Source: Reclinomonas americana ATCC 50394
Taxonomy: Eukaryota
Length of the DNA stretch: 34,792 nt
Reading direction: 5' to 3'
NCBI GenBank assembly: GCA_048213135.1
Contig: PS015102.1
Location: 133,869 to 168,660, forward strand
Shown: one piece after another, positions 31,701 through 34,792 of the stretch
How positions within the stretch are numbered: position 1 is the first letter of the stretch
Layout of the letters: each line of letters starts with the position of its first letter
Made by a program: the position numbers and the translations under genes
Notes under the pieces: model-generated
What the model saw: the letters and a program-made list of their open reading frames with translations, nothing else
The model's database searches: none
What the model was told of the DNA's origin: nothing

Positions 31701-34619
31701 AAAGGGGTTGTGCCTTGTTTTGATCGTTCGAATGTGCTCATTGTCCCTCGCGCGCGCGCAGATGGCAAGGTCACGTGCGTCGCATGGAGGTGTGGGTGGA
31801 GCGCGTCAAGGCCGCCGTGCAGGCCGAGTCCGAGCAACGAGTGCGCCTCCTCACCGAGACGATCGACCGACGCACGCGTGACACGGCAGAGATGAGCGCC
31901 CGCGTGGCTGTGTTGTCGCGTGAGTTGCCCGAGTTGGAGCGGCAGGTGGAGCGCTTGCGCAGTCAGCGCAAGAAGAAGCTGCCGGTTGGCATTGAGTTGG
32001 CACTGGTGGATCGACTGGCCGCCAAGGATCAGGAGATTGCCGTGGCCACACTCGATCTGACATCGGCACGAGAGGAGCGTGAGTTGCGCTTGGCCACCGT
32101 TCGTTCGGAGGCCGAGTCGGGCGGCAAGAGTTGCGCGTCGAAGAGGGGAGGAGAGGAAGGGAGAAGAGTGTGTTGTGATGTTTACTTGCGGCGGTCGCAG
32201 CGTTGACGACACTAAATGACGTGCTGTCCGAGTTCAAGGCCTTTAATCCGCGCGACGGAGCGCACAAGGTTGGTGGCGTTCGTGATTGTCGCCATATGGC
32301 GTGTGGTTATTTCAACGGCTTTGTTCCGCGCAGGCGCACGATTCGGCGCAGCTGTTTGTGCACCGCAGCGAGGCTGCGTCGATGTCGATGAAGGCGGTGG
32401 CGCAGGAGAGTGCGTTCCGTGATCAGCGTATTCCGCCGTCCTTGAAGGTGAGAAAGGGGAAGGGGGCGAAAGGGGGAAAGGGAGGGGAAGAGGGAAAGGG
32501 AGAGTGAGGGAACGAGAATAGTCAGCACCTTTGTTGTTGTCAGTGCATGTGTGTGCAAAGAACGTCCCTTGTGTTGGTGCTGTTTGTTGTGATTTGGATG
32601 AGCGACAGCAGTTGCATTGACTGCTGATTATTGATTATGCTGAGCGGTATTGACATCTGCAGAGAATCATGTGTGTGCAGTAGCTGAGATGTAGAACAGT
32701 CTTATCTTGGTGCTGTTGTTGTGATGCTGGAAGAACCATGTGTGGCAGCTTGTTAGTTGCATGCAGCGGTTGGTGAGAAGTAGAACAGGGTGCACTTGGT
32801 GCTGTTTGTTGTGATTCTGATGAGCAGTGTTTAGCACACTCAGAGAATCATGTGTGGCAGCTTGTTAGTTGCATGCAGCGGTTGGTGAGAAGTGGAGCAG
32901 GCTCCGCTTGGTGCTGTTTGTTGTGATTATGATGGGCAGTAATAAGCGCATGCAGAGTCATGTGTATGAAGACGCCGTGGGCAGCAGAACAGGAGAAAGA
33001 AGTAGAAAAGGCTGCGCTGGGTCAGTTGTTGTGATGCACGATAAGCTGTAGTAATAAGTGCACGTAGAGTTGACAATTAGATGCAGAAACAGTGGGGAGA
33101 AGTAGAACAATCTGAACAGGGTGTCACTTTTTGTGCGCGACATGTCGTTGAGGAGATTGACACTATCAGCGAGTCGTAGCATGCGGAGAGAGGGAAGACA
33201 ATGAAGAGCATTGAAGTACTTGTGCAAACGAAGGAGAGTTGGTAGGATAACGCAAGTCGCTTATTCCTTGTCTCATCATGATGATGTGTAGAAAACACCT
33301 TCATTTTGGTCTCTTCTCCTTTCTCCAATGTTACTCATCCTTTCCCCTCCTTTGCAGGGCTCCTTCATCGAATCCGGCGAAGAGGAAGTCTTCCAGACCG
33401 AAATGATTGAGATGTTCTTCGAGCCGGTCACTCCGGCGCTGACTGTCGGCATTTGGACCTTCAACGACGTGAACGAGGTGGTCGATTCGCTGTCACTCGG
33501 CGCGCAACCACAGAACACCAACGGCAGCATCAAGCTGTCGATGGACTCCGAAGTGTGAGTTCTTGATGGGATATCACAAGCTGCCCGTTAGTTTGTTTGT
33601 TTTAACCTTGCTGCTTCGCAGTGGTTTCCGCGCGGAAATCGACTTTTCGCAGCTGGAATCGTCGCTGTGCACGATTGCGCTGGTGGTGCTCGATCGCGAT
33701 TCACGACCAATCGCTTCGTCCAACACAATCGGACGCGTGCTCACCGTGCGCAACATGATTACGCAAGGTACGAGAGGGTCGTGACGATTGCGCGAGGGTG
33801 CAGTGCTGAAGTCTTATGTATTTTTCGCGACATCAGTGAGCACCAAGATGCATGTGCTGGCCGAGGGCGTGCCCGGCCTGCTCATTGGTGTGCTGTCGAT
33901 GCTCAACTCGAACCCGTGTTGGGCGCTGCGATGCCTGCAAAAGAGCACAAAGCGGACTCTGCGCGAGTCGGCTGCTCTGGCGCAGGAGCTCACGGCGGCG
34001 GTGATCAACTTGCCGCCCCCACAAGGTGGGTGATTTCACAGAAATGAGGATTGCGACATGTGCTGACCCCCCACCGCCACAGCCGCCATCTCCAAGGTCA
34101 TTCGGTATGTCGACGAGCCTGAAGTTGATACCGCCGAGGAGCAACGCAAGAAGATTGCGTCGCTGATCAAATTGGAGACCGAGCGGCTGCTCATCAACGC
34201 CACTGTCATGTATCCGTCGGATCTCGTCAACCCACAAGGTGAGTGTGTTATTTCGCAAGCCGTGGTGGTTTGTTGACTGTGCGTGCTCACTTTGTTGCTC
34301 AGGTGTGCGTGTGGCCAGTGCTGCGCTGTTGCGAGCGTTGCTGCACTGGCGCGCGTTTGATCATGCCAAGTCGACGTTGTTGGAGCGAGTCGCGGACGCG
34401 CTGGCCTATGTGCTGGGAGTGCGTATTGTGATTGCACTCCGCTGGTCTCTTCCAGAATCTGACTTGTGTGTATATTTGGCAGGGCAAGCATCTGTCGGGC
34501 ATCACCTCGGTGGTGCAGAGTGCACAGGTGACGGTCGATTTGATTCGTCTCCTCGACGGCACATTCATGCACTTGGTGAACCGGCCAGCGGAGCCGCTGA
34601 ATGTGAAGACGGACCGCAC
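23076..34619 (+). CDS. Large multi-exon protein: NT-type C2 domain, low-complexity linker, coiled coil, TerD-like domain, myosin V/XI globular-tail (Dilute-associated)-like region; runs off the window
   Basis: Exons 23614-23749 and 24194-24388: VEYTFNVTVHTL..VWVSYDRGG...ETKPLDILI..GGFTIDLAHYA (NT-C2 pattern). Heptad-rich exons at 30785-32129. Exons 33358-33960 resemble TerD; exons 34083-34419 (LLINA..VASAALLRALLHWRAFD..STLLERV) resemble the myosin XI tail. About 22 GT-AG introns with compatible phases; continuity across gaps in 26694-28581 is inferred. Confidence 0.72.
23845..24120. repeat. 16-bp tandem repeat (AGCG[T/A]GAGCGACACAG), about 17 copies, intronic
   Basis: Directly visible tandem array between donor 23750 and acceptor 24193. 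Confidence 0.95.
27058..27860. repeat. GA-rich microsatellite/degenerate repeat block within large intron
   Basis: (GA)n runs plus a duplicated GAGAAAGAGAC[C/T]GGCAG[G/A]TCAACATCGAGA unit at about 27230 and 27580. Confidence 0.85.
32560..33120. repeat. Degenerate tandem repeat (about 90-140 bp; TTGGTGCTGTTTGTTGTGAT...CATGTGTGGCAGCTTGTTAGTTGCATGCAGCGGTTGGTGAGAAGT) in intron 32448-33357
   Basis: GGTGCTG(T)TTGTTGTGAT recurs at about 32575, 32708, 32798 and 32910; a block of about 45 nt is duplicated at 32738 and 32849. Confidence 0.8.
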
Positions 34620-34658
34620 GTTGCGTGCCGACGGAAAAGGGGGTAGAGGGGAAGGGAG

Positions 34659-34659
<1 letters not shown>

Positions 34660-34719
<60 letters not shown>

Positions 34720-34782
34720 GAGAGGAGGAGGAGGGAGGAGGTAGGTAGGTAGGTAGAGAGAGAGAGAGAGAGAGAGAGAGAC
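34660..34782. repeat. (GA)n microsatellite in intron at window end
   Basis: GA dinucleotide runs following donor at 34620. Confidence 0.9.
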
Positions 34783-34792
34783 GACGACGACG

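Noticed and set aside
1-34792. A functional gene cluster or operon-like system linking the genes
   Set aside because: Functions are unrelated and orientations mixed; nothing supports co-function beyond compact gene packing. No transposase, reverse transcriptase, rRNA or tRNA was recognised.

Overview
Intron-rich eukaryotic genomic scaffold, probably a GC-rich protist; the lineage cannot be fixed from sequence alone. It has several N-gaps and microsatellite- or minisatellite-filled introns, so most ORF-track entries are artefacts and genes were rebuilt by hand from exon phase and motifs. In order: LYRM1 (+); a U-box C-terminal segment (-) directly downstream of a kinesin-1-like motor gene (-), possibly one fusion gene; a secreted bacterial-type multicopper oxidase with a long His-cluster N-terminal extension (+); the 5' end of a Zn2Cys6 transcription factor (+); an orphan acidic/basic nuclear-type protein (-); RNA polymerase I/III subunit AC40/POLR1C with an intact Fe-S-type Cys motif (+); an RNI-like LRR gene with about one repeat per exon (-); and a large gene running off the right edge with NT-C2, coiled-coil, degenerate TerD-like and myosin V/XI-tail-like regions (+). 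The most striking window-wide signal is that about a quarter of the introns I could place start with GTTG(C/A)G(T), the normal donor shifted by one base, almost always where the exon does not end in G.
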